Source: Diplonema japonicum
Taxonomy: Eukaryota; Protista; Euglenozoa: Diplonemea
Length of the DNA: 64,000 bases
Assembly (NCBI GenBank): GCA_964019335.1
Contig: OZ025654.1
Location: 124,001-188,000 of the forward strand
Direction of reading: 5' to 3'
Under the pieces are notes generated by a model. That model saw only the letters and a program-made list of their open reading frames with translations. It did not search any database and was not told the origin of the DNA. Made by a program: the position numbers and the translations under genes. The stretch's first letter is position 1, and the number at the start of each line of letters is the position of its first letter. Below are positions 1-9,806 of the stretch, in pieces.

Positions 1-1734
1 GCGTCATTGGGGTTTTCTTGATTAAGTCCCTGTAGCGCTGTGCGAATCGTTCGTACTGCGGCTCGTCTTCTGGTGTCCGCGCAGAAAAGATGCCCGACCA
101 AGCATCCCGCATCACCTCGTCCATCTTCCGTAGGTTTGCGGTCACCCCGCCGTCTGCTGTCTCAACCACATCTGTCTTCTGGTTTGGGCGGTCTCTGACC
201 CAGGCCGTGATGTGTCTGCGCTCCTTCCCAAAGTCTGAGCGTATTGAACGTTCGTATGCTTTCGCCTGCATGTTCTTGCGTTGTAGGAGCAGCTCCGATA
301 ACATTCCCTGGGCGTGATCTTCAGCTATTTCCAGCTCTCCCCTGATGCTATCAATACTCCCTGCCGCGTCGGTCTTGCAGGACTCGACCTTCAGCTCTTC
401 CCCCAACGTTGTAATGTTCCTGAGTGTGTTCCGTACCTCTACTGGGAGCGGCCCGCAGTGCCCGCCCTCATAGAGCTTTAACATTTGCTGTTTTGCGCTT
501 CGGATTTTGAGCTTCAGCTTCTCAAGTCGTTGTTGTCGATTTGTTGCCGCCCCAACTGTCGACTCCGTAGACCTCGCACTCAGCTCCGACTTCGTAGGCT
601 CCCGAACCTTGCCTCTCCCGGTGTATACGCTGCGCACCGGACCCACGTATCCATGTAGTAGGTACTGCTCCGCGAGGTCTGCTATCTCCGAGAACGCTTC
701 GGTGGGCTTCTGCGCCGTAATGAACTCACGGTATTTCGACTTCTGCATCAGTGTCTCCGCTACTCCGGTGGGTGCCCTCTTGGTCTTCGGTATCTCCTGC
801 GGGACGGTGTATCTTAGGACTTCTTGTCGGAAGGCTGGGATGTTGAGTGTTACCGACAGGCATCGGTGGTCCGACCCGGAGATAGCCTCGTTTACTCCAC
901 AGTGTTCGAGCCCCTGGGCCGCGATGTTGTTCAACAGTACCCTATCCACCCGCGTACTGCAGTTGGTTCTGACAAGCGTGCTCTCTACCTGCGCTCCATC
1001 CCTCCGAGCACAGAACGCAGCGGCGTCTACCCAATCCGTCTGTAGAGCCCTCCTTAGCGTGGCGGAACGGGTTTCGTCCGTGTTGAAGTCACCCATCACG
1101 GCCACCGGCACGTCTCCCAGCTCGAACTTGAGTCGGTGTAGTAGGTAATGGAGAAGCTCCTCACGGTACTTCGCCTTCGTCGGGTCTTGTCCTGAGTGGC
1201 AGTATACATTCACCAAATGAAGCCATCGCTTGTTCCCATCAAGTGAGATTTTCACGTGTGACCATCTGTCCTTGTGCGGCCCAGCCGTTTCACAGACCAC
1301 CGCTGTCCGTGGTTTTTTCACAAAGGTCCCTAGTCCGCCCCGCTTCGCTATCGTCAGAGACGTGACACCCTTGGTCTCCCTCCCCGGCTGAGGTTTGCTC
1401 CAGAATCTGGTGTATTGTTTGCCCAAACATCATCTCTCAGCACGTGTTCAATCTCCATCTGAGTCTGTGCTGTGAGGGCAGTTTCTTGGATGCAGAATGC
1501 GTCCGGGAGGACAGTAGAGTACTCACCCAGCCGGTTGTTTAGTGCTGAGCCGTTGTGTGTGAAAATGGTGAAACTCTCTGGTCCTGGCTCTGGTCCGGGG
1601 TGGGGTTCGACACCTTGTTCGATGAGGCGTTCAAATTTCTTGTCAGATAGGCGTATCGGATTGTATTTGGATGGACGGGAAAGGGGGGGAGGGAATGGGT
1701 TTGAAGGGTGGGTTTGGGGGGAGTTCCCCTGTAG
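1..1734 (-). pseudogene. Element A ORF2 N-terminal part: 2A-like motif, APE endonuclease, linker toward RT; one frameshift near 1426
   Basis: Manual translation: LIEQGVEPHPGP-EPGPESFTIFTHN...CIQET, frameshift, then LGKQYTRFWSKPQPGR...GDFN...SDH...DEVMRDAWSGIF to the edge. Confidence 0.85.
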
Positions 1735-3141
1735 TCACTGCTCGCTTTGCTCGCATCCGCGGCACTTTACCCTATTGCAGTCTAATATTATGCAGGACTG
1801 TGCTGGGTTGTTTTTCGTGATATTCCCGTTGCAGTAGTGGCACACCCCCTTCCAGTATTGGTATGTCCCGTTGTAGACGTGGCATATGCCTTTGCCCAGG
1901 CAGTCGTTGATGTCGGTGCCCTCATCTAGGTCGATGTCGGTGTCATCGTCAGTCGGGGGGGGACCCAAGTCATCCTCCGTCTCCATGTCGTCGTTTTCTC
2001 CTTCCTCGGTTAGCGAACGGGGCTGGTCCTTGTCCAGTCTCGAGATCGTCGCCTCCGTGAGGGCTTTTATCTGCTCGGTGAGAGCTGCCATCTGGGTGCG
2101 CATCTGCTGGACCTCCCCTCGCAGCTGCGCGTTCTCTCTCCGCAGTTCGATCACTTCCGCAGATGGCTCGTCGTCTCTGCTCGGTTCCCCCGCCAGCTTG
2201 CGGATCGCATTTTCGATTGCTGTGAGGCGGTCTTCCACTCCCGGGGTACCTGATTTTCCCGTCGCTGTGGGCGCCTTCCCGGACTTCAGAGGGGCAGTCT
2301 TTTTCGGGGGAGCGGTCTTCTTCCCTGTAGCAGGTGGTTTGTGGCCGGGCTGGGTGGACCCCGTCACTGCGCCTAGGTAGGATTTGCCTGTGGCTGTGGT
2401 CCCTGTCTTCGGTCTTCCCCAGGACTGTGCAGTCGGTGTCTTTTTAGTGGGCGGGCCCCCCATGTCGGGTGCTATCCTGCAGTGGAGGATCAGCCCTGTC
2501 GGGGATGTGATTCTCAGCGTCGTGGTAGGGGGTTTGCCTCCCCGAATGTACCAGCACCTCCCGTCGTTGCTCCAGCCGCCGTGTAGAGGAACGGCATCCC
2601 ATTTCATGGTCCGGAGTATCAGTTCCACGTGCTCCACACCGCACTGTCCGTACAGGCCCGTCAGACGCCACCTCGGCTCCCCATGTTGTCCGCGCTGTCG
2701 TTCATCCTCGCCCAACACCTTGTCAAGGAGCGCGGTCTTCTCCCCCTCCGACGTCCTCACACCGAGGCGGCAGTCCGACTCACGAATCGCTAACCCCTGC
2801 TTTTCCGCTTCTGCCACTTCGAGCGCTTCCTTTAAAGTGGTTTCCTTCGGGAGCCAAGCGACGGGGGATCTCGGCACATCCTTCGGTCTAACGAAGATCC
2901 CTCCCCTTCCGGACGTGTTCACGAATCTGTCGAGGCTGCTTTTCGGGACCGTCACCAGTACGTCTACCCTCGGGGTCGGACCCTCCACGATCTTGTCGAT
3001 CCTGTGGATTGTCTTGCAGTTCAAGTCCCGGAGGAGCTTTCGGGGTTGGGAGGTTATATTCTCCCACGTCTGGGCCGAGGCGTGCGCTTTCGAGAAGATA
3101 ATCGCGACCCGCGCGAATCTTGCCCCCAGGTTGATGTCCAA
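1735..3141 (-). CDS. Retrotransposon ORF1 (gag-like, coiled coil, C-terminal Cys/His Zn finger); no initiator ATG
   Basis: 468-aa ORF begins at TTG just after an in-frame stop. DVLVTV..SGRGGIFV and ..LILRTMKWDA match element B ORF1 (DLLVYV..AGAGGLFV, ..LLRNNGWKDA). Confidence 0.75.
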   Translation of the reverse strand: MDINLGARFARVAIIFSKAHASAQTWENITSQPRKLLRDLNCKTIHRIDKIVEGPTPRVDVLVTVPKSSLDRFVNTSGRGGIFVRPKDVPRSPVAWLPKETTLKEALEVAEAEKQGLAIRESDCRLGVRTSEGEKTALLDKVLGEDERQRGQHGEPRWRLTGLYGQCGVEHVELILRTMKWDAVPLHGGWSNDGRCWYIRGGKPPTTTLRITSPTGLILHCRIAPDMGGPPTKKTPTAQSWGRPKTGTTATGKSYLGAVTGSTQPGHKPPATGKKTAPPKKTAPLKSGKAPTATGKSGTPGVEDRLTAIENAIRKLAGEPSRDDEPSAEVIELRRENAQLRGEVQQMRTQMAALTEQIKALTEATISRLDKDQPRSLTEEGENDDMETEDDLGPPPTDDDTDIDLDEGTDINDCLGKGICHVYNGTYQYWKGVCHYCNGNITKNNPAQSCIILDCNRVKCRGCEQSEQ

Positions 3142-3596
3142 AATCTGCTATTTTTAGTCTCGGCAATAGAATGTTTGAACAGAAAGAAAAAAAAAGAGAG
3201 GATAAAGGAGGTAGAGTGCTTACTAGACACTTAAGTTTCGAAATGCTCAAAAGTCAGAAGAAGAGGCGGTTTTCAGCACTTGTTTGTGCACACGTAATCA
3301 AAAACCGAACCCTTTGTCGTAAGTAGAAAACTAAATTTTCCTTTTTTCTCACAGAGCTACACAAAAAAGGAACGACAAAAGTTCCAGCGATCACTATATT
3401 TTTATTGCTCAAAAAAAAGTCTCATTCGTAACAAAACTAGTTTGGCGCTCCATTTGTTTGTGCGCACGAGCGGAATTTTACCTAATAAAATAGCTCATTA
3501 CGCTGCCATCAACTAGTTTTTAGTCTCGACAATAATATTGTTAAAACACAAAAAAAACCGCATCACAAGAAAATCGCATTCGAATATAAAAAAATT

Positions 3597-3650
3597 ATGT
3601 GAGTTAAAGGAAGTCTTTGTGAGACGCCCGCTTGTTTCATCTTCTAAATT
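3597..3650 (-). repeat. ~50-bp 3'-end stub of the element B LINE family
   Basis: GAGTTAAAGGAAGTCTTTGTGAGACGCCC is identical to the termini at 11996, 41277 and 55539. Confidence 0.85.
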
Positions 3651-3906
3651 AAAAAAACTCAAATGCAGGCAGCCCCCGCCCGGTTCAAAAGGGGTTTTTT
3701 TCGGGTAGACTTGCGGCATGTTTGGCCGATTTTTGGACCTTTTTTTTTAAAGAAAAAAATAAAAACTGGAGGGTCGCTTTTTATTTAAAAAAAAAGGACA
3801 AATTAAACATAAAGAAGATATATATACCTCCACGTGTAGAGGGGAGAGAGAGGAGGAGAAAGGTAAAAAAAGAAATAACTGTAGAGTACCTATGGAGTGA
3901 CAGTCG

Positions 3907-6258
3907 TCAGCCTGCTCTAACATCGTCTTCATACACAAACACCACAACCTTGGTCTGCGCACCTTTGCTTCCTGCAACAAACAACCTGCTCAGCACAGGG
4001 TCTGACGAGGCGTGCCTCGCGATAAGCCCATACTCCCCCGACTCGAAGGCCTCCCGGTAAGCATCAGACCAACACCAACACGTGCTCGCCCCGTCTTCCT
4101 CACCTTCGCCACCATGTGTGTGCTTCACCATGATGCTTGTCAGGTCTGTCAGATGCAGCATGGGGACTGAGACCTCATGGACCACAAGCTGCTGGGGTTT
4201 GTCAGCTGATCGTATTTCCCAATTCGCAAGTGGGCGGAAGATGCCCTTCAGGTCCGACCGGATCCCTGTGAAGAAGTGCGGCATTGACGATGAAAACAGG
4301 GCGCAGGTCTTGTACTCAGCAGCGGCCGCCGCCAACATACAACTCAGCTTCACACTGTCCCCCATTGCGGTCACGAAGCGCTGCCCGTGGGTGCCGATCA
4401 TAGCGCACACGACAGGGCCGCTGCTGAGGCCCACGCACACATCGCTGTTGGCGTACCAGCTTCCGAGTAGAAACGACGTGAACCGGAGAGAGCTCTCGAA
4501 GTGTGTAGCGGTCTTCTTCACAGTGTTCCACCCCACGGTGACGGAGGAGCCCACCACCGCCACCACCGTCCCGCCACATCTCTCGAGTGCGTTCAGCGTC
4601 CGACACACACTGCCGTCGACAGTGGTGTAGTCGGGGCCGTTGGTGTTGCCCCTCACCTTGACCTCCACACAGCCTACTGTGGCGTTTGCAATGTGTTCAA
4701 GACGTGTGATTGGGTCCGATTGCGTGTTAGCACGTGTGGAGACGGCATGGAACACATCCGGCACGGGGTGGCTTTGTTCAAAGTGCTGTTCCACGCGGGG
4801 TTGCCTGCCGGAGAGCTCTACAGGAAGGAGGACGTAGAGGCTTCTGGTGCCGGAGACATTTCTGAGAGTGACCGCGCCGACAGGGATCTCGATAAAGGAG
4901 GACTTGTCGGCTAGCTCCGAGAGAACTTCGAGAGTGACAGCAACCCCGCCGCCAACTGAGGCCGCCTCCACCCTGGCGGCCACGTTCACTGTGTTCCCGA
5001 AGTAGTCGAAGCGTCCTGTGATGGCATTGTGTTCGACCTCTGCCTGCCCATAGTGGATCCCGACACGAACACGGAGCCCGCCCCACAGACCATGTGGGTC
5101 TCGTTCACACATTGACAGTTCCAGCAGTTCGCTTGGCCACGGACACGCAACAAGGCCTTTCTGAACAGCAAGCCCGAAATCCACAGCGCTCGACGGTGAG
5201 GCAAAGGCTACCATGAAGGCGTCGCCGATGGTCTTGACCTCGTACCCTTGGCACGTGTCGATGAACCTGCGGATGGTTTTGTTGTGGAGCTTCAGCGCTT
5301 TCCGCATCCCATCAGGGCAGGCCTCCCATATCGCGGTGGACTTCTGGATGTCTGTGAACACAATGGCGACCTTCTCGCCAGCGTCGCGGACTCCAGGAGG
5401 AATCGGGGTCGCAAGAGGGCTGTAATCACCACCACCGCTGTTCCCTTCGAACAGGGCGTTTGGGAGGAACGGTCTGTAGTGCTTCAGGTTCTGGAGGATG
5501 CTGCTGAACGCAGCGTGAAGCTGCGGAGGAAGGGCGCCATGAGTGAGGTCGTCTTCGGCAGAATCAAGGTCGAAGTTTGCAAGGCTGTGCGCTATCTTTT
5601 CCGCCGTCACCACCGACGCCTCCACCTTAGCCTTCTCCTGTATCATTTGGTTTGCGAACCCCCGCGTGAAGTAGAAGTCCAGAAGAGTGGTGATCATGAA
5701 CCCCGAGTACGTCACCAACGAGAGGCTAACACTCGGGCAGGGAAGCTTCTCACATTCATGGAACTCCCGACGCTGCTCTTGAGAAGTGAAGATGGGGAGA
5801 TCGTAGATACCAAACCGGAAGGCGCTCTCCAAGCTCGTGATGGTAAGGTTCGTGACAACTAAGAGAATAAGACCCTTGCTGAAGTAAGCCTCGATGCGTG
5901 TGACAAGCAGGATGTCAACTAAGATTATGTACACAGGCCATATCCGATTTCTGCCATTGGCAGCACCCGAGAGGTCAAAGAAAGTCAGAACATTTACACA
6001 GAAACAGATGTACAGCTTAATGGTGAAAGAGGTCAGTTTCTTTGTGCACATGAGGTGGGCCAGTGCCACCATGGACACGAAGAATGTGAAGTAGCTTACG
6101 AATGCGGTGTGCCTCAAAGGCACGACGACGGCGGATAAGAGGCAGGCGATCGAAATAAAGGAGTACAGTGCGACTATGATGTTCTTTCGCCTACTTTGCA
6201 GCTCGTTGTCGGACGGGAGAACAGGGTAGTTGACATACTGCTTCAAAAGGTCCAACAT
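3907..6258 (-). CDS. Multi-pass membrane class III adenylate cyclase with degenerate second cyclase domain
   Basis: About six hydrophobic N-terminal segments; IVFTDIQKST, GYEVKTIGDAFMVAF, RVGIHYG, FDYFGNTVNVAARVE (K/D ATP-specificity residues, N/R catalytic pair). Confidence 0.9.
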   Translation of the reverse strand: MLDLLKQYVNYPVLPSDNELQSRRKNIIVALYSFISIACLLSAVVVPLRHTAFVSYFTFFVSMVALAHLMCTKKLTSFTIKLYICFCVNVLTFFDLSGAANGRNRIWPVYIILVDILLVTRIEAYFSKGLILLVVTNLTITSLESAFRFGIYDLPIFTSQEQRREFHECEKLPCPSVSLSLVTYSGFMITTLLDFYFTRGFANQMIQEKAKVEASVVTAEKIAHSLANFDLDSAEDDLTHGALPPQLHAAFSSILQNLKHYRPFLPNALFEGNSGGGDYSPLATPIPPGVRDAGEKVAIVFTDIQKSTAIWEACPDGMRKALKLHNKTIRRFIDTCQGYEVKTIGDAFMVAFASPSSAVDFGLAVQKGLVACPWPSELLELSMCERDPHGLWGGLRVRVGIHYGQAEVEHNAITGRFDYFGNTVNVAARVEAASVGGGVAVTLEVLSELADKSSFIEIPVGAVTLRNVSGTRSLYVLLPVELSGRQPRVEQHFEQSHPVPDVFHAVSTRANTQSDPITRLEHIANATVGCVEVKVRGNTNGPDYTTVDGSVCRTLNALERCGGTVVAVVGSSVTVGWNTVKKTATHFESSLRFTSFLLGSWYANSDVCVGLSSGPVVCAMIGTHGQRFVTAMGDSVKLSCMLAAAAAEYKTCALFSSSMPHFFTGIRSDLKGIFRPLANWEIRSADKPQQLVVHEVSVPMLHLTDLTSIMVKHTHGGEGEEDGASTCWCWSDAYREAFESGEYGLIARHASSDPVLSRLFVAGSKGAQTKVVVFVYEDDVRAG

Positions 6259-6640
6259 AATCAGGGGTGTTTTTAACCTTCTCCCCCCCCCCCCCCCCGA
6301 CCCTGTTTTACGTGAGGTTGGATAAGAAATGTAATGAGAAAAAAGGATTCCATCGTAAAACTAAAGCCAGCACGGAGGGAGAGGGGGAACAGTCACAGAA
6401 AGGTGGAATGAACGCAGATACTCGGTATCAGTGCTCAGGGATTTAAGATATGAAGGCGGGGGAGGCTGCACTAATCCACCAATATCCTCTTCAGCAGGGC
6501 ACCCCGAAAAAGAAAGAGAGTCTTTTTCTTTTTTTCTTCTTCTTTCTTTTTCTTTTTGAAATGTTTTGGCAAAAGACCAGGTTTTTCTTTTTTTTCTTTG
6601 GAAAAAAAAAAAAAAGAAAAAACCCGTCTCTTTCTGCTTT

Positions 6641-8746
6641 TCAACACCCGCTGCGAAGACGGCTCAGCTTACCCAATACATGTGACGCATCGCACGCAGC
6701 CAATTCGTCGGCTACACTGAACGTGTGCAGAACGTAATGCAGCCCGCTGCCCGAGGTCACTCCACGGTGCATGGGGGCGAAGACAGGCACACGAGAGACG
6801 GGCTCACGGAGCACGCAGGAAAGCCCAGTCGAGAAGTACCCCCAAGACGTACCATAGAAAAAAGTGAGGACGACAGTGGTGTCGTTGATGGTGATGTGTA
6901 TCTGGAGGGGGTGGTCGAGGCCTGTAAAGAGAAGCAGCGAGTGATCGATCGCCCGAAGAAACTCATCGTCAGTCTCAACCACCTTCACAGACAACCCCTT
7001 CTCGTTGCGTACCGTCCGCTTTTTAAGCAAATCGAACAAATCTTGCGACCCTGGCCGTGCTGTGCACACCTTGATGTCAGCTGTGACGCGGCAATCGCAG
7101 TCGAACAACTCTTGCGCGAACAAAGGAAGACACTTTGAAACCATGATCTGCCGATTCCCGCAAGCAGGCATTTCAACATGCGTCAGGGTGTGCTTCCCTC
7201 CGCTTCCTCTCAATATGTCCAAAAACGGCGACCAGATTCTTTTGAAGAACCTCCGGTAAGATGTGTCGGGGCCATAGAAAATGTCAAGCTTATGGCGATC
7301 GCAGCCCCTTGTGTCAGTTTGTATCTCGACCGCTCCATTGTCGGCCCCATGAACGCGTGAGGCGCATTCGGAGGTGATGTGGCTTTGATTGCTGGTTATG
7401 ATGTCGTGGAAGAAGGGCGACCCGAAATGAAGAGTACTGCTGGAAGACGAACCCGACGGTGTTCTTGCAAAGCAAACAGCCTTCTCCTTCCCTACATCTC
7501 CAACAGAGCATTTATCGTCTTCGATGGTCATCACAAGCTCGTCGTATGTCTCTGCATTGCCGCACCCGAACGTCGCAGACGATTGCTTTCTTGTTTTCGG
7601 TCGTACTGTTTCAGTCTCATCTTCCTCGTCCAGACACTCCTCTTGATGATGCGCCATAATGTACAAGCCGTGTTGGATCTCTTCGGGTGTCTCCCTTGTC
7701 AGCGAATTTATCGCATCGCACGACGCGTGGGAGGAGCATGAATCGTAAAAATGCGACTCGTCCCTTGAATAATATTCGGATTCGCCTTTGAAAAACTCGG
7801 TTTGCAGGAGCCTGTCTGCGGTGTCACGGGCGTCGGGGTCGACCTTGAAGCATTTCGACAGAACGGCAGAGCACTTCTCGGACATCTTGGTGCGTCCGAA
7901 GTTTGTTGGAAGCGATTTTTCTTCCGTCAACGACCCGATCTTCAAAACCAAGGCCTGCGGGGAGGTATCGGCGGTTGTGTTACAGGGCACGCTGCCTTCC
8001 AACATTTCGTACAAGCTAACACCAAAGGACCAGATGTCCGACAGCAAGCAAGGGTTCCCTCGTGCTGCCTCGGGCGACATGTACTTAGGGGTACCAATGT
8101 AACTACCTGGCGACAACGGGTTTTCAGACGGCAACAGAATCGAGGCAGTACCGAAATCCACGATCTTGACCACGCCTGAGGAGTTGAGCAGCAGATTCGC
8201 CGGTTTTAAATCGAGGTGGATGACACCATTGGCGTGCAGGTACGACAGGCCGCTCAGGGTCTGTGCTCCGTACCGTTTTACAAGCTTGGCGGGGACTCGA
8301 TCGAGCTGTTGGATCAGCTGCCCGATGGAACCTCCCTCAGCGAGCTCGAGCACCAACGACAGCTTCCCTCTGTTGATGAAGAAGTCGTGTAGCTTCACGA
8401 TGTTCTCGTGGGACAGGAGCTCTAAAAGCTTGATTTCCGTCTCTGCTGCTTGATAATCAACTGCACGTTTTATCTCCTTCACCGCCATGAGCCGTCCTGT
8501 CATCAGGTCGATGGCTGAGAAGACTGTCCCTTGTGCGCCTTCTCCGAGCTTTGCGCCCTTTTTCCACCGGGACCCCTTTCTGCGCTGGAGTGTTGCGGGA
8601 TGCCCGACAATGAAGCTGGTCCGCGACGCCAGATCGGCCAACGAGAAGCTGGAATTTGATGATATCGAAGGGTTTCGAGAGGTGACCGCATTGTACACGG
8701 GGGTGTCTGTTGAGACATCCTTGCTCATTTGTATGGATTCCCCCAT
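6641..8746 (-). CDS. STE-group/MAP3K-like Ser/Thr protein kinase with unknown C-terminal region
   Basis: WKKGAKLGEGAQGTV, MAVK, HLDLKPAN, DFG, GTPKYMSPE, DIWSFG. Confidence 0.9.
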   Translation of the reverse strand: MGESIQMSKDVSTDTPVYNAVTSRNPSISSNSSFSLADLASRTSFIVGHPATLQRRKGSRWKKGAKLGEGAQGTVFSAIDLMTGRLMAVKEIKRAVDYQAAETEIKLLELLSHENIVKLHDFFINRGKLSLVLELAEGGSIGQLIQQLDRVPAKLVKRYGAQTLSGLSYLHANGVIHLDLKPANLLLNSSGVVKIVDFGTASILLPSENPLSPGSYIGTPKYMSPEAARGNPCLLSDIWSFGVSLYEMLEGSVPCNTTADTSPQALVLKIGSLTEEKSLPTNFGRTKMSEKCSAVLSKCFKVDPDARDTADRLLQTEFFKGESEYYSRDESHFYDSCSSHASCDAINSLTRETPEEIQHGLYIMAHHQEECLDEEDETETVRPKTRKQSSATFGCGNAETYDELVMTIEDDKCSVGDVGKEKAVCFARTPSGSSSSSTLHFGSPFFHDIITSNQSHITSECASRVHGADNGAVEIQTDTRGCDRHKLDIFYGPDTSYRRFFKRIWSPFLDILRGSGGKHTLTHVEMPACGNRQIMVSKCLPLFAQELFDCDCRVTADIKVCTARPGSQDLFDLLKKRTVRNEKGLSVKVVETDDEFLRAIDHSLLLFTGLDHPLQIHITINDTTVVLTFFYGTSWGYFSTGLSCVLREPVSRVPVFAPMHRGVTSGSGLHYVLHTFSVADELAACDASHVLGKLSRLRSGC

Positions 8747-9349
8747 CCCTTGAAGGGGGTGGGGGTGGGCTTTTTGACCACTTGGAATTTAAAAGGAAGA
8801 AAAAAAAGTTAGTCTACCATGCGGTATGTGACACAGCGGCCACCCTTGTGAAACTTCGCCCCGAAGCCTCCCAAGCCCCCTGTGGTCCCGTAGTAAGTAA
8901 AAGTGGAGAGGTAAAGAAAGCTTTTGGAATAGGCCACAGAAGCAATTAAACACCAACTGGAGAGTTGTGGGAGGCTTGCTTCACTGGCACAAGGCCGCAG
9001 AGGCCACCTCTGCTGCTTCACTACTGCAAGGGTCACCTAACAGTCTTTCACGTTTCGTGCCATTCACCTTCTGCGGGTTGCCTCCGCCTCTAGCGGCGGC
9101 ATTTTGCCGCTAGCTTTTTGTGCACCTACTCCCCCACATGTGGGCTCCCAGTCCCGCAGGTGTCGCGTACATTGTGCACTTGGGCATGTATGGAATTTCT
9201 TTTTTTTTCGTTTTTTTTGTGCAACCCTAGTAGATGATACGGATAAAGAAAGAGACCAACAGGGTGTAAGAAGAAAATAAATAGGGCGTTAGAAAAAAGA
9301 AATCACGGTTACGGGCGGTGGAAGAGCTGGCAACAACCCACCTATAAAA

Positions 9350-9447
9350 GAGGAACCAGCCTGTTGTTTGCACGTACGCCGGTTAGAAACTTGGAGAAAG
9401 GTTCATTGCCCGGAACATGTTGTTGCCACAAGTTAAAAACTCGTTCT
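9350..9447 (-). repeat. Degenerate solo terminal repeat of the YR element (SIRE-like)
   Basis: GAGGAACCAGCCTGTTGTTTGCACGT...CAAGTTAAAAACTCGTTCT resembles 48678-48795. Confidence 0.65.
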
Positions 9448-9488
9448 TTTAAAAGAAAGGAAAGAAGAAAGGAAAAGAAAATCCATGG

Positions 9489-9515
9489 GTTAAAAGGAGG
9501 TCTTTGAGACACCCC
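9489..9515 (-). repeat. Degenerate LINE 3'-end stub
   Basis: GTTAAAAGGAGGTCTTTGAGACACCCC versus consensus GTTAAAGGAAGTCTTTGTGAGACGCCCC. Confidence 0.55.
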
Positions 9516-9730
9516 TCCTTTTTTTTTTTTTTCTGCGACCCAAAAAAAAAAAAAAAAGAAGAAGAAAAAAGTGAACCTCAAGGCACCGATCCTTCCTCAC
9601 CCTTCTGCAAGCAAGGAGACTTATTTTTTTTTTCTTTTTTTGTCTTTTTCTTTTTCCTTTTCCTCCAGCAGTGAATTCCATCTTCATCAGCATGTTTCAC
9701 GCTCACCAGCTAGTCCCGCGGAAGAGAAAA

Positions 9731-9806
9731 GAGGGAACTAACGTGCCGGATAGAAATCTTGAGACATTGCTCTTGTTTAAAGGTAAAGTCAAAGACTCGT
9801 TCTTGC
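9731..9806 (-). repeat. Internally deleted solo terminal repeat of the YR element
   Basis: GAGGGAACT-ACGTGCCGGATA...AAGTCAAAGACTCGTTCTTGC. Confidence 0.65.

Larger units (their letters stand above)
1..3150 (-). mobile_element. APE-type non-LTR retrotransposon, element A (5'-truncated, runs off the left window edge)
   Basis: ORF1 1735-3141 is followed by a manually translated ORF2 with APE motifs THN, CIQET, RGGLGTFV, VNVY, MGDFN, RVDRVL, SDH. Collinear and homologous with element B. Confidence 0.9.

Noticed and set aside
3151-3547. Two pairs of short direct repeats (TTTTTAGTCTCG.CAATA; TTGTTTGTGC.CACG) beside element A
   Set aside because: Order A-B-B-A fits neither LTRs nor a TSD; too short to assign.
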